A stretch of DNA of 64,000 bases from Planctomycetota bacterium (GCA_016794425.1 JAEUHR010000042.1:144749-208748), one strand, 5' to 3'; numbered from the stretch's first letter, positions 32,734 to 43,482 are shown. Numbers and translations: made by a program. Notes: a model not told the origin generated them from the sequence alone.

Positions 32734-35700
32734 GTCGCACCGCAGGACACGCACTTCAGGCACGTCCCGTTGCGCACCAGCGTGAACGCGCCGCAGCCGC
32801 CGCACGGATCGCCTTCGTAGCCCTTCAGCTTCGCTTCGGCGATCTTCAGCCGCGTCTGGCGCGACTCGAGCGACACGGTCACGGTCGACGTCTCGGCGCG
32901 CAGCAGCACGGCGTTCTTCGCGTCGACGGCCGGCGCGCTGCCGCCGTTGTCGCCGGGGCCCTGGTAGCCGCGCGAGATGCCGCGGCTGTGCGGGTGCAGG
33001 TGCACGTTCTCGTGCACGGCCGGCGGCGGCTCCTCACCTTCGTAGACGGTCTCGCTGACGACCTCCTCGTCGGTGAACTCGGGGTTCTTCTGGCCCATCG
33101 TCGTGTTGCGCAGGTCTTCGCTCTGCACCTGCGCCAGCTCCTCGCGGCCGAGGTAGCTGATCGCGAGCTCGCGGAACACGTAGTCGATCACCGACGTGAC
33201 CATCTTGATCTGGTCGTGGCCCTGCACGATGCCGTTCGGCTCGAAGCGCGTGAACACGAACGCGTCGGCGAACTCGTCGAGCGGCACGCCGTGCTGCAGG
33301 CCCAGCGACACCGCGATCGCGAAGCAGTTCATCAGGCTGCGGAACGCGGCGCCTTCCTTGTGCATGTCGAGGAAGATCTCGCCGAGCGAACCGTCCTCGT
33401 ACTCGCCGGTGCGCAGGTAGATCTTGTGGCCGCCGACGACGGCCTTCTGCGTGTAGCCGGCGCGGCGGTTCGGCAGGCGGCGGCGCTTGGCAATGTAGCG
33501 GTGCACGACGCGCTCGGTGATGCGGGCCGCGAGTGCGCGCACTTCCGGCGTCGGCGCCGTGATGCCGGCCGAGGCGTCGTCCTCGACGGTCGCGCTGAGC
33601 GGCTGGCTCAGCTTGCTGCCGTCGCGGTAGAGCGCGACCGCCTTCAGCATCGTCTTCCAGCCGAGCCGGTATGCCTCCTTGACGTCGTCGATCGACGCCT
33701 CGTTCGGCATGTTGATGGTCTTGCTGATCGCGCCGCTGATGAACGGCTGCACCGCGGCCATCATGTGGATGTGCGCCTGGTAGGGGATGAAGCGCTTGCC
33801 CTTGCGGCCGCAGCGATTGGCGCAGTCGAACACCGGCAGGTGCGCTTCCTTCAGGTGCGGCGCGCCCTCGACGGTCATCGTGCCGCAGACGAAGTCGTTG
33901 GCGGCCTGAATGTCGGCCTTCGAGAAGCCGAGGTGCTTCAGCAGGTCGAAGCTCCAGTCGTTCAGCTCGTCGTCCGAGACGCCGAGCTTCTCCTTCAGGA
34001 AGTCGGCGCCGAGGATGCCCTTGTTGAACGCGAACGCGATGTCGAACGCGCCCTCGAGCGCCTTCTCGAGCTTCTGCAGCGTGGCGTCGTCGAAGCCTCG
34101 CGCGGCCAGCGTCTCGTGGTTGATCGCCGGCGCCTTCGCCAGCGTGCGGCGACCGACCACGTAGGCCAGGATGTCGTCGATCTGCGCGCTCGCGTAGCCG
34201 AGCTTCTTCAGCGCCGGCGCGATGCTCTGGTTGGCGATCTTGAAGTAGCCGCCGCCGGCGAGCTTCTTGAACTTCACCAGCGCGAAGTCGGGCTCGACAC
34301 CGGTGGTGTCGCAGTCCATCAACAGGCCGATCGTGCCGGTCGGCGCGATGCAGGTGACCTGCGCGTTGCGGTAGCCGTGCTTCTCGCCGAGCTGCAGCGC
34401 GCGGTCCCAGCAGGCGCGGGCCGCCTCGAGCAACGGCGCCGGGCACAACTTCGGGTCGATGCCGACGGGCGTCACCGACAGGCCCTCGTACTCCGACGGC
34501 GTCGCGTGGTAGGCGGCGCGCCGGTGGTTGCGGATCACGCGCAGCATCGGCTCGCGGTTCCGGTCGTAGCCGGGGAACGTGCCGAGCTCCTTGGCCATCT
34601 CGGCCGAGGTCGCGTAGGCCTCGCCGGTCAGGATCGCGGACAGGCCGCCGGCGATCGCGTAGGCCTTCGCCGACGCGTACGGGATGCCCATGCGCATCAG
34701 GATCGTGCCGAGGTTCGCGTAGCCGAGGCCCAGCGTGCGGAACTCGTAGCTCTTCTCGGCGATCGACTGGCTCGGGAAGCTCGCCATCAGCACGCTGACC
34801 TCGAGCACGACGGTCCACAGCCGGCAGGCGTGCTTGAAGCCTTCGATGTCGAAGCCGGCGGCCTGCTTCTCGTCGCCTTCGCGCACGAACTTCGCCAGGT
34901 TGATCGACGCCAGGTTGCAGGCCGTGTCGTCGAGGAACATGTACTCGGAGCACGGATTGCTCGCGTTGATGCGGCCGTCCGCCGGGCACGTGTGCCACTC
35001 GTTGATCGTCGTGTCGTACTGCACGCCCGGATCGGCGCAGGCCCAGGCCGCGTAGGCGACCTTGTCCCAGAGATTGCGGGCGTCGACCTCGCGCGCGACG
35101 CCGCGGTCGGTGCGGCGGATCAGGCGCCACTTGCCGCCTTCGTCGACGGCGCGGAAGAACTCGTTCGGCACGCGCACCGAGTTGTTCGAGTTCTGGCCCG
35201 AGACCGTGTTGTAGGCCTCGCCGTCCCAGTCGGTGGTGTACTCGGGCACCTCGACCGCGCGCAGGCCCTGCGCGCCGAGCTGGATCGCGCGCTGCAGGTA
35301 GGCCTCGGGGATGCAGGCCGAGCGCGCCTCGTGCAGCGCCGCGCGCAGCGCGTCGTTCTCGCGCGGTTGGGGGACGATCGCCGGGTTGCCGTCGTGATCG
35401 ACCGTGTGGCAGGCGTTGACGACCGCGTTGAGGTGCCGGCGCGTGATCCGGCTGCCGGTCACCAGCGCGGCCACCTTCTGCTCCTCGTGCACCTTCCACG
35501 ACACGAAGGTCTCGATGTCGGGGTGGTCGAGGTCGAGGCAGACCATCTTGGCGGCGCGGCGCGTGGTGCCGCCCGACTTGATCGCGCCGGCGGCGCGATC
35601 GCCGATGCGCAGGAAGCTCATCAGGCCCGAGCTCTTGCCGCCGCCCGACAGCGGCTCGTTCTCGCCGCGCAGCTGCGAGAAGTTGCTGCCGGTGCCGGAG

Positions 35701-36350
35701 CCGTACTTGAACAGACGCGCCTCGCGCGTCCACAGGTCCATGATGCCGCCTTCGTTGACCAGGTCGTCGCTGACCGCCTGGATGAAGCAGGCGTGCGGCT
35801 GCGGCCGTTCGTAGGCGTTCTGGCTCTTCTGCAGCGAGCCGGGTTTGCCGGCTTCGGCCGGCGGCTGCACGAACCAGTGGCCCTGGGCCGGACCGGTGAT
35901 GCCGTAGGCGTAGTGCAGGCCGGTGTTGAACCACTGCGGCGAGTTCGGCGCGGCGTGCTGGGCGGCCAGCATGTGGCACAGCTCGTCCTCGAACGCCTGC
36001 GCGTCGTCCTTGCCGTCGAAGTAGCCGTACTCCTCACCCCAGTGGCGCCAGCAGCCGGCGAGCCGCTGGAACACCTGGCGCGCGTCCTTCTCGCCGCCGA
36101 GCACGGGGTTGCCCGCGTCGTCGGTCAGCAGCTTGCCGTCGGCCGAACGCTGCGGCACGCCCGCCTTGCGGAAGTACTTCTGCGCCAGGATGTCGACGGC
36201 GACCTGGCTCCAGGCCGCCGGCACCTCGATGTCGCGCGCCTCGAACACCAGCGATCCGTTCGTGTTGCGGATCTCGGAGTGGCGTTTCTGGAACGGGATG
36301 CCTTCGTACGGCGACTTGCCCTTGACCGTGAACCGACGAGTGACCTTCAC
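32718..36350 (-). CDS. nrdJ: Class II (adenosylcobalamin-dependent) ribonucleotide reductase
   Basis: The 1210-aa protein starts [23 protein letters not shown] and has [10 protein letters not shown]-like active-site context ([10 protein letters not shown]). The C-terminal Cys-rich tail is [33 protein letters not shown] 36350 is preceded by gaggaggaag. Confidence 0.95.
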   Translation of the reverse strand: MKVTRRFTVKGKSPYEGIPFQKRHSEIRNTNGSLVFEARDIEVPAAWSQVAVDILAQKYFRKAGVPQRSADGKLLTDDAGNPVLGGEKDARQVFQRLAGCWRHWGEEYGYFDGKDDAQAFEDELCHMLAAQHAAPNSPQWFNTGLHYAYGITGPAQGHWFVQPPAEAGKPGSLQKSQNAYERPQPHACFIQAVSDDLVNEGGIMDLWTREARLFKYGSGTGSNFSQLRGENEPLSGGGKSSGLMSFLRIGDRAAGAIKSGGTTRRAAKMVCLDLDHPDIETFVSWKVHEEQKVAALVTGSRITRRHLNAVVNACHTVDHDGNPAIVPQPRENDALRAALHEARSACIPEAYLQRAIQLGAQGLRAVEVPEYTTDWDGEAYNTVSGQNSNNSVRVPNEFFRAVDEGGKWRLIRRTDRGVAREVDARNLWDKVAYAAWACADPGVQYDTTINEWHTCPADGRINASNPCSEYMFLDDTACNLASINLAKFVREGDEKQAAGFDIEGFKHACRLWTVVLEVSVLMASFPSQSIAEKSYEFRTLGLGYANLGTILMRMGIPYASAKAYAIAGGLSAILTGEAYATSAEMAKELGTFPGYDRNREPMLRVIRNHRRAAYHATPSEYEGLSVTPVGIDPKLCPAPLLEAARACWDRALQLGEKHGYRNAQVTCIAPTGTIGLLMDCDTTGVEPDFALVKFKKLAGGGYFKIANQSIAPALKKLGYASAQIDDILAYVVGRRTLAKAPAINHETLAARGFDDATLQKLEKALEGAFDIAFAFNKGILGADFLKEKLGVSDDELNDWSFDLLKHLGFSKADIQAANDFVCGTMTVEGAPHLKEAHLPVFDCANRCGRKGKRFIPYQAHIHMMAAVQPFISGAISKTINMPNEASIDDVKEAYRLGWKTMLKAVALYRDGSKLSQPLSATVEDDASAGITAPTPEVRALAARITERVVHRYIAKRRRLPNRRAGYTQKAVVGGHKIYLRTGEYEDGSLGEIFLDMHKEGAAFRSLMNCFAIAVSLGLQHGVPLDEFADAFVFTRFEPNGIVQGHDQIKMVTSVIDYVFRELAISYLGREELAQVQSEDLRNTTMGQKNPEFTDEEVVSETVYEGEEPPPAVHENVHLHPHSRGISRGYQGPGDNGGSAPAVDAKNAVLLRAETSTVTVSLESRQTRLKIAEAKLKGYEGDPCGGCGAFTLVRNGTCLKCVSCGATSGCS

Positions 36351-36698
36351 GCTGCTTCCTCCTCACACCGGGTGGCTCACCACCCGCCAGTGTTGCTACC
36401 TGACCATGGTCGAGGCCGGACCCCGCGGCCGAGGATCGGGGTGACCAAACCCCGAAGAAGGCGCCTCGGCTACAGGTCGATGCCTCGCTGACTGCCTTGC
36501 GGAACCTCTGCTGACGGAGCGGCCGTCTGTCTGCCTCGGCCCACCGGGCACCCTCGCCGGCGCCGCGCTGCGGTGCTGCGAAGGGGGCGGTGGAACCAAG
36601 CGTGTCGCGGGCAGCCGACCGAATGCCCGCGACCCCCGACGCGCCCCCAGCTGCCGACGAACAGGCCATGGGAACGAGTGGACGGCGCGACGAGGGGG

Positions 36699-36713
36699 CC
36701 ACTATCTATTGGG
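36699..36713. promoter_or_regulatory. AT-rich patch resembling an NrdR box in the nrdJ upstream region (weak)
   Basis: The + strand reads ccACTATCTATTGgg. The core matches the NrdR-box consensus, as I recall it (acaCwAtATaTwGtgt), at 9 of 10 central positions. I found only one copy, about 350 nt upstream of the start codon. Confidence 0.25.
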
Positions 36714-36821
36714 TCTGAGGTGGCTTCGCAACCCAGGGGTAGCGAAAACCACCACGGATCGGGCCACCGGCTCGACGTGCCGGGCGGCGCAGCGATTCGC
36801 AAAATCGACCCGGCTGGGCGG

Positions 36822-38747
36822 CTACGGCGTCGTGCGGTTGGTGAAGATCCCGGCCGGCGTGGTGCGGTGGTCGAGCCAGGCCAGCAGCAGGCGGGCGCCG
36901 TCGGTCCGCAGCAGCGGCTGCTCCTGGGCGCTGCTGCCGTCGCCGAAGCCGGTCGGCGACGTGAACTGCAGCGGCGGGTCGCCGGGCTGCGGGTTCACGG
37001 CGAGGCCGGTCGACACCGCGGTCAGGATGCGCGCCGCACCGCCGGCGACGGCGCCCGAGCGCCAGGCAGCGAACACGTAGTTGCCCTGCATCGCGATCGT
37101 CGGTTCGCCGGCGGGGCCGGTGACCGAACTGACGGTCTCGTGCAGCGGCGTCGCGCCGATGCCGCCGACGCGCGAGACGGCCACGGCGGTGCCGGCCAGC
37201 AGGTAGATCGCGTGCAGCCGGTCGCCTTCACAGCACAGCGCCGGTTCGCTGACGGCGCCGCCGTCGCTGCGCAGCACGAACGCGACCGTCGGCCACGACA
37301 CGCCGGCGTCGCCGGAGGCGACGTACTCCAGCGCGTTGGCGCGCAGCCAGGCGAGCCAGACCGTGTTGCCGTCGGCGCACAGCCGCGGCGTGTCGGCGGC
37401 CGCGCCGGCGAGGCTGCGCCGTTCCGCCGACTGCCACGTGATGCCGCTGTTGGCGGTGCGGGCGGTGTAGATGCCGGTGGCGGTCAGGCCGTCGCGCTCG
37501 TCGACGAACGCGAGCCATGCGCTGGCGCCGTTGCAGGCCAGTTCGTGGGCGCGCTGGTTGGCGCCGCCCAGCGCATCGACCACGGTCGCGGTGCGCCACG
37601 TGTCGCCGGCGTCGGTCGATGCGGTGGCGACGATGCGGGCCGTGCCGAGGCCGGTGCTGCCGCGCATCCAGGCCGCGTAGCGGCGCGCGCCGCTGCCGAC
37701 CAGGCGGGGGCGTTGCACCGGTGTGCCGGTGTCCAGCGTCACCGCCGCGTCGAAGCCGGCGCCGCCGTCGTGTGACGTGCGCGCCAGCACGCTGTTGCCG
37801 CTGCCGATCCACGCGACCACGACGTCCTGGCCGGCGACGAACACCTGCGGTTCGGTGACGGCCTCGCCGCCGCTGAGGGTCTGCGCGGCGCTCCAGGTCG
37901 CGCCGCCGTTCGCCGACGCCGCGTGCGCCAGCGTCGTGCCTTCGACCCAGACCGCGTGCACGGCGGCGCCGTCGCGCGCCAGCTGCGGTGCCGAGCCGGC
38001 GCCGGCGTCGAGCCGCGTGTCGGTGGCGGCCAGCGCCGGCGGGAACGCGAACGCCGTGAACGCGCTGCCGGGCAGCGCCGAGTTGCCGAACGCGTGCGCC
38101 ACCGCGACCGTGGTCGCGCCGACCGTCAGGCCCGCCGGCGTGCTGCAGGTCAGGCTGGTGTCGGCCACCGCCGTCAGGTCGGTGGCGGCGATGCCGTCGA
38201 AGCTCGCCGTCGGCGCGACGCTGCCGCCGAGCGTGAAGGCGCTGCCGGTGATCGTGACCACCTGCGGTCGGCCGGCGAACGCGCTGTCGGGTTCGACGCC
38301 GGTGACGGTCGGCGCGCCGGTGCGCACGATGCGCACGTCGACCGCCGCCGCGGCACCGCGCGGGTCCTCGACCAGCAACACCAGCGTCACCGCGGCCGGG
38401 GCCGCGACCGTGGTCACGTCGAGCGTGAACTCAGGACCGATCACCGGGGTCGAGAACGACAGGCCGGCGGCGGTCGCGCTGCCGTTCGTCGCCTGCGCGG
38501 TCCACTGCAGCGGGTCGCCATCGGCGTCGGTCGCCGCGAACACCAGATTGCGCGTGTCGCCGGTGGCCAGCAGCAGCGTGCGGCTGGCGCCGGTGCCGGA
38601 CAGCCCGCTGGGCGGGGTCAGCGTCGGCGTCGTATTGGCCGGCGGGGGCGGGGTGCCACCGCCGCCGCCGCCGCCGCCGCAGGCGGTGGCGAGGCCGAGG
38701 GCGAGCAGGACCGGGAGTTGGCGGAGCGAGAGCATGCGGGCGCGCAT
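36822..38747 (-). CDS. Lipoprotein with IPT/TIG-like domain(s) and BNR/Asp-box (sialidase-like) beta-propeller repeats
   Basis: ATG 38747 gives MRARMLSLRQLPVLLALGLATAC (lipobox). It is followed by eight Gly and a Pro/Thr linker. Asp-box-like repeats are SANGGATWS, SHDGGAGF, STDAGDTWR, TANSGITWQ and SGDAGVSWP. Confidence 0.7.
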   Translation of the reverse strand: MRARMLSLRQLPVLLALGLATACGGGGGGGGTPPPPANTTPTLTPPSGLSGTGASRTLLLATGDTRNLVFAATDADGDPLQWTAQATNGSATAAGLSFSTPVIGPEFTLDVTTVAAPAAVTLVLLVEDPRGAAAAVDVRIVRTGAPTVTGVEPDSAFAGRPQVVTITGSAFTLGGSVAPTASFDGIAATDLTAVADTSLTCSTPAGLTVGATTVAVAHAFGNSALPGSAFTAFAFPPALAATDTRLDAGAGSAPQLARDGAAVHAVWVEGTTLAHAASANGGATWSAAQTLSGGEAVTEPQVFVAGQDVVVAWIGSGNSVLARTSHDGGAGFDAAVTLDTGTPVQRPRLVGSGARRYAAWMRGSTGLGTARIVATASTDAGDTWRTATVVDALGGANQRAHELACNGASAWLAFVDERDGLTATGIYTARTANSGITWQSAERRSLAGAAADTPRLCADGNTVWLAWLRANALEYVASGDAGVSWPTVAFVLRSDGGAVSEPALCCEGDRLHAIYLLAGTAVAVSRVGGIGATPLHETVSSVTGPAGEPTIAMQGNYVFAAWRSGAVAGGAARILTAVSTGLAVNPQPGDPPLQFTSPTGFGDGSSAQEQPLLRTDGARLLLAWLDHRTTPAGIFTNRTTP

Positions 38748-38825
38748 CGGGGGACTGTGCAGCCTAGCAGGGCCACGGGTGGCCGTTGCAGGAGGGGGCG
38801 CGAATCCGGGGGCACCGCCCATGCC

Positions 38826-39359
38826 ATGGCACTAGCATGCCGCCCCGCGATGCACGACACCGACCCGCGCCCGCCCCTGCTGCCACCGCGCCTGCTGGCC
38901 GCCGTGAAGGTCCTGTTCGGCGCTTTCGCCGCCGCGCTGGCCGTGATCGGCGGCGTGCTGACCTTCGGCCTCGCCGGCTGCGAGCTGTGGCACGCGGTCG
39001 AACACCTGTTCGGCCTCGGCGCGGCGGTCGTCAGCGACCTCGACCAGGCGATGGTCTACATCGTCAAGTCGATCGACGCCGTGCTGCTGGCCTTGGTGCA
39101 GTTCCTGCTCGCGGCCTACCTGTGGCAGATCCTCGACCCGAAGGAGTCGCTGCTCGACGAGGAGAACATCGAGCGGCTCGAGGAGGCCAAGCAGATCCTG
39201 TGCAAGGTGCTGCTCGTGATCATCGCCGTGCGCATGCTCAGCGCGCTGATCGAGCCGGGCGACCTCAAGTGGCACGACCTGATGGTGTTCCCGGCCGCGA
39301 TCCTGGCGCTGTCGTTCGGCAACACGGCGCTGCGGCGCGACAGCCGCGCGTCCTCGTGA
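38826..39359 (+). CDS. Small integral membrane protein (YqhA/PsiE-like, uncertain)
   Basis: There are about four hydrophobic helices. The start is ATG 38826 or ATG 38850 (MHDTDPRPP). This is the inner part of track ORF 37923..39359(+). Confidence 0.55.
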   Translation: MALACRPAMHDTDPRPPLLPPRLLAAVKVLFGAFAAALAVIGGVLTFGLAGCELWHAVEHLFGLGAAVVSDLDQAMVYIVKSIDAVLLALVQFLLAAYLWQILDPKESLLDEENIERLEEAKQILCKVLLVIIAVRMLSALIEPGDLKWHDLMVFPAAILALSFGNTALRRDSRASS

Positions 39360-39375
39360 GGACGCCGCGCGGCGG

Positions 39376-41718
39376 TCACTTCGCCGACGTGCGCGGCGTC
39401 TCCGGGAACGGGATCTTCAGCACTTTGCGGTAGGCGGCGACCTCGCGGATGTCGCGGCCGTCCTGCTGCAGCAGCGTGCGCACGGCCTCCTGCAGCTGCG
39501 CGTCCTCCTGCGGATCGCCGAGCGCCCGCTGGCCCGGATACACGGCGCCGCGCAGGTCGCTGACCTGGTCGCGCACCTCGTAGCGGATCCAGCGGCGCAC
39601 GTCGTCCTTGGTCAGCTGCGTGTCGAGGCTGGCGTAGAACGCGTCGAACTCGGGGTAGCGCGACGGATCACCGTCGTCGCCCTCGGCCAGTTCGCGGAAC
39701 AGCGGCTCGTGGGCACCGATGTGCTTCTTGACGTACTCGCGGAACGCGCCCTTGCGCAGCAGCGCGAACAGCGCCGCGTTCTTCCACGCGTCTTCGGGCT
39801 TGTTCTCGAGCAGGTCGATGACCTTGTCCGGCATCACGCCCCAGTTCGGGTCGACGATGCGGCCGTCCTTGTCGAACTCGCGGTGCGGGCAGCGCCCGCT
39901 CGGCAGGTGGTACTTGGCCACCGTCAGCTTGATGTGTGCGCCGACATCGTAGGCGCCGTTGTGGTTGCGGTCCGTGTACGGTTCACCCTCCTGCCAGTTG
40001 CCGTCGTCGTTGAGGTCCTCCCACGGCTCCGGCGGGTCGGTGCGCAGCGCGAACAGGTTCTGCACGCTGCCCTTGCCGAACGAACGCTCGCCGACGATCA
40101 CGGCGCGGCCGTGGTCCTGCAGCGCGCCGGCGGTGATCTCGGACGCGGAGGCCGAGAAGTGGTTGGTCAGCACCGCCATCGGCAGCTTGCACACCGGGCG
40201 GTCGCGGTCCTCGGTGTAGTAGTCGCGGCGCGGCTCGGCCGGGCCTTCGGTGTAGACGACCAGCCGCTTGCCGTCGAGGAACTGCTCGACGACGTCGGTC
40301 GCCTGCGTCAGGAAGCCGCCGGTGTTGTTGCGCAGGTCCAGCACGATGCCGCGGGCGCCCTTCTGCGTCAGGTCGACCAGCGCCGTGCGCAGTTCCTCGG
40401 CGAGGTTGCTGCTGAAGCTGATCAGCTCGACGTAGCCGACGTCGCCGGGGACCATGGTCCAGTTGACCGCCGGCACCGCGATCTGGCGCCGCAGGATCGT
40501 CAGGGTCTGCGGCTCCTGGAAACCGACGCGGAACACCTTCAGCACGACCGGGGTCTCGGGCCGGCCCTTGAGCCGCGTGACGATCTCGTCGGACGTGTGG
40601 CCGGTGGTCTCCCAGCCGTCGACCTCGAGGATCTTGTCGCCGCTGCGCAGGCCGATCTCGTAGGCGGGGCCCGAGTAGATCGGGCGCACGATCGAGAAGT
40701 CGCCGTCCTGGTCGAAGTTGACGAACGCGCCGATGCCGCCGTACTCGCGGTTCAGGTCGAAGAAGAAGCGCTTGTACTCGTCCGACGTGAAGAACGTGCT
40801 GTAGGGATCGAGCCCTTCGAGCATGCCCTTGGCGGCGAACTCGATCAGTTCCTGCTCGGTCACGCTGTTGCCGCGGATGTGCTGCGCGCGGATGCGCTGG
40901 CGCAGCTCGGTCAGCACACGGTACTCGTCGCTGCTGTCGGCGGCGGTGGTGCCACCGTCGCGGCCGACGATGCGCGCCAGCATCTGTTCGAACTCGCGGC
41001 GCTGCTCTTCGCGCTGCAGGAACAGGCGCGCCCGCCGGCCGGCGTCGGTCGGCTCGTCGCGGATCTCGCGCAGCACCGTCCAGGCCGGCCCGCCTTCGAT
41101 GTTCAGTTCGGCCAGCGCCAGCGCGCCGCGCTGCCGCAGGTCGCGGTCGCCGGACTGCAGGAACTGCTCCAGCGTCTGCTTGGCGGTCGCGCGATCGTCG
41201 TTGGTGCCGACTTGCCACAGCGCCAGCGCCGCCTCGATGCGCACCAGCGGCGGCACCAGCTCGTCCTTGCAGTTCTCGAGCACGAGCTTGCGCACGTCGG
41301 GCAGGATCCGGGTGTTGTAGAGCCGGTCCTCGCCGAGCAGCGACAGCGCGATCGAACGGGCGCCGTCGTCGGTGCTCTTGGCGACCGGCGACACCAGCGC
41401 CAGCACGTCGTTGCCGTAGGTCGTGTCGCTCTTCAGCGACCGCAGCGTCAGCGCCGCGCACAGCCGGGCCTTGTCGCCGTCGGTCTGCTTGGCCGCGCGC
41501 ACCAGCCGGTCGCGGAACGCATCGACATTGTTCTCCGGTGCCTGGTCGGCCAGCTGCTCGGCCAGCTCGAACACCTGCGCCAGCGGCGCCGCGGCGGCCT
41601 GCTGCAGCACGGTGCCGAGTTCGGGGTCCTGGGCCCGCAGCGGGGCCGTCGCGGCCGCGGCCCACAGGATCGACGCAAACACACCGTAGGAGAGGGGGCG
41701 GACGCGGGCTCGGGTCAT
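39376..41718 (-). CDS. S41-family C-terminal processing peptidase with N-terminal helical-repeat region and PDZ domain
   Basis: ATG 41718 gives the signal peptide MTRARVRPLSYGVFASILWAAAATAPLRAQ. GGIGAF, the PDZ-like GDKILEVDG, the catalytic Ser context NHFSASASEI and the Lys context SFGKGSVQ are present. Confidence 0.88.
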   Translation of the reverse strand: MTRARVRPLSYGVFASILWAAAATAPLRAQDPELGTVLQQAAAAPLAQVFELAEQLADQAPENNVDAFRDRLVRAAKQTDGDKARLCAALTLRSLKSDTTYGNDVLALVSPVAKSTDDGARSIALSLLGEDRLYNTRILPDVRKLVLENCKDELVPPLVRIEAALALWQVGTNDDRATAKQTLEQFLQSGDRDLRQRGALALAELNIEGGPAWTVLREIRDEPTDAGRRARLFLQREEQRREFEQMLARIVGRDGGTTAADSSDEYRVLTELRQRIRAQHIRGNSVTEQELIEFAAKGMLEGLDPYSTFFTSDEYKRFFFDLNREYGGIGAFVNFDQDGDFSIVRPIYSGPAYEIGLRSGDKILEVDGWETTGHTSDEIVTRLKGRPETPVVLKVFRVGFQEPQTLTILRRQIAVPAVNWTMVPGDVGYVELISFSSNLAEELRTALVDLTQKGARGIVLDLRNNTGGFLTQATDVVEQFLDGKRLVVYTEGPAEPRRDYYTEDRDRPVCKLPMAVLTNHFSASASEITAGALQDHGRAVIVGERSFGKGSVQNLFALRTDPPEPWEDLNDDGNWQEGEPYTDRNHNGAYDVGAHIKLTVAKYHLPSGRCPHREFDKDGRIVDPNWGVMPDKVIDLLENKPEDAWKNAALFALLRKGAFREYVKKHIGAHEPLFRELAEGDDGDPSRYPEFDAFYASLDTQLTKDDVRRWIRYEVRDQVSDLRGAVYPGQRALGDPQEDAQLQEAVRTLLQQDGRDIREVAAYRKVLKIPFPETPRTSAK

Positions 41719-41965
41719 GTGGTTGCCTGGAGGGTCGCGCGGTGCACCGACGGTGCCGCCGTGAGGCCGTCGGCAGGTGATCGGCCTTCGCGACCGATCG
41801 GATGCAAGGAAACCTGCCGGCGACGGACTCTGCTGCGGTCGATCGGTGCGATGGATCTGTCCGTGGCGCCGCCGGTTGGCAGGCAGCACCAACGTCGCAT
41901 GCTATACGTCGGCGGCCGCGAGTTGCCGAACAGGATTTCGCCGGTCGGGCAGTAGGCTGTGCCAT

Positions 41966-42490
41966 GTGACTGCGCCCCGCGAACCCACCGATCCGACACC
42001 AACCGGTCTGACCCACCTCGACGCGCACGGCCGGGCGAACATGGTCGACGTCGCCGGCAAGGCGCCGACGGCGCGGCGGGCGGTCGCCGAGGCGACCCTG
42101 CGGCTCGATGCGTCGGTGCGCGACCTCGTGCTGCGCGGGGCACTGCCGAAGGGCGAAGCGCTGGCCGTCGCGCGGCTGGCCGGCATCCAGGCGGCGAAGG
42201 ACACCGCGCGGCTGATCCCGCTGTGCCACACGCTGCCGCTGGCGCACGTCGGCATCGAGTTCGCGGCCGTGGGGGACGACGCGATCCACGTCACCGCCGA
42301 GGCCAGCACGGTCGCCGCGACCGGCGTCGAGATGGAGGCGCTGGTGGCCGCCAGCGTCGCCGCACTGGCGCTCTACGACATGGTCAAGGGGCGCTGCCGC
42401 GGCGCCGAGATCCAGGCCGTGCGGCTGCTGGCGAAGTCGGGCGGCCGGTCCGGCGAGTGGCGCCGCAGCGCCGCCGGAGGCTCGGCATGA
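41966..42490 (+). CDS. moaC: Cyclic pyranopterin monophosphate synthase
   Basis: GTG 41966. LTHLDAHGRANMVDVAGK, IPLCHTLPL and EMEALVAASVAALALYDMVK are conserved MoaC segments. Confidence 0.9.
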   Translation: MTAPREPTDPTPTGLTHLDAHGRANMVDVAGKAPTARRAVAEATLRLDASVRDLVLRGALPKGEALAVARLAGIQAAKDTARLIPLCHTLPLAHVGIEFAAVGDDAIHVTAEASTVAATGVEMEALVAASVAALALYDMVKGRCRGAEIQAVRLLAKSGGRSGEWRRSAAGGSA

Positions 42491-43482
42491 GCGGGCGCAC
42501 GGTGGCGATCGTCGGCGCCTCGGGCGCGGTCGGGCAGGACTTCCTCACCGTGCTGGCGGCGCGCGCGCTGCCGGTCCGGCGCCTGCGCCTGTTCGCGTCG
42601 CCGCGTTCGGCCGGCCAGCGGCTGACGTTCCGCGGCGAATCGCTGCCGATCGAACCGCTCGGCGCCGACTCGTTCGCCGGGGTCGAACTCGCGCTGTTCT
42701 CGGCCGGCGCCGCGGTCTCGCGCGAGCACGCGCCGCGCGCGGTGGCCGCCGGTGCGGTCGTCGTCGACAACAGCTCGGCGTTCCGCATGGACCCGGCGGT
42801 GCCGCTGGTGGTGCCCGAGGTCAACCCCGAGGCGCTGCGCGGCCACCGCGGCATCGTCGCCAACCCGAACTGCTCGACGATCCTGCTGGTGCTGGCGCTG
42901 TGGCCGCTGCACCGCGCCGCGGGACTGCGTGCGGTCGTGGTCTCGACCTACCAGGCGGCGTCCGGCGCCGGCCAGCAGGCGATGCTCGAGCTGCGCGAGG
43001 CGACCGCCGCGGCGTTGCGCGGCGAACGGCTGCCGCCGCGCGTGCTGCCGCAGACGCTGGCGTTCAACTTGTTCCCGCAGGTCGACGTGTTCCAGCCCGA
43101 CGGCTACACGCGCGAGGAGGACAAGCTGCAGTTCGAGACCCGCAAGATCCTCGGTCTGCCGGCGTTGCCGGTCGACGCGACCTGCGTGCGCGTGCCGGTC
43201 GAGCGCTGCCACAGCGAGGCGGTGGCGGTGCAGCTCGAACGGCCGCTGGATGCGGCTGCGGCGCGCGCGCTGCTGGCCGCGGCGCCCGGCCTCGAACTGG
43301 TCGATGACCCGGCCGCGAAGCGCTATCCGATGCCGCTCGAGATGGCGGGCCGCGACCCGGTCGCCGTCGGCCGCATCCGCAGCGGCCGCGTGTTCGCGCC
43401 CGGGCTCACGTTCTGGCTGGCCGGCGACCAGCTGCGCAAGGGTGCCGCGCTGAACGCGGTGCAGATCGCCGAGCTGCTCTGA
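42487..43482 (+). CDS. asd: Aspartate-semialdehyde dehydrogenase
   Basis: VAIVGASGAVGQ, the active-site context IVANPNCSTI and STYQAASGAG are present. The ATG overlaps the moaC stop (ATGA). Confidence 0.92.
   Translation: MSGRTVAIVGASGAVGQDFLTVLAARALPVRRLRLFASPRSAGQRLTFRGESLPIEPLGADSFAGVELALFSAGAAVSREHAPRAVAAGAVVVDNSSAFRMDPAVPLVVPEVNPEALRGHRGIVANPNCSTILLVLALWPLHRAAGLRAVVVSTYQAASGAGQQAMLELREATAAALRGERLPPRVLPQTLAFNLFPQVDVFQPDGYTREEDKLQFETRKILGLPALPVDATCVRVPVERCHSEAVAVQLERPLDAAAARALLAAAPGLELVDDPAAKRYPMPLEMAGRDPVAVGRIRSGRVFAPGLTFWLAGDQLRKGAALNAVQIAELL

Noticed and set aside
32595-36491. 1298-aa ORF on the + strand
   Set aside because: It is antisense to nrdJ and is a shadow ORF of the same kind. 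Its N-terminal repeated peptide merely reflects the 112-bp DNA duplication.
36351-36821. Possible cobalamin riboswitch in front of the B12-dependent nrdJ
   Set aside because: I looked on the transcribed strand for the conserved core (GGGAA...GGUG..AA..CC, GCCACUG, and a B12 box of the AGxCAGGAGACCUGCC type) and found only loose resemblances. B12 riboswitches also normally control B12-independent isozymes or transport, not nrdJ. An Infernal scan is needed to be sure.
41719-41965. Possible Moco riboswitch upstream of moaC
   Set aside because: The 247-bp divergent spacer has two cgatcgg-containing segments that could pair, but I could not identify the conserved Moco-motif elements. I left it uncalled.
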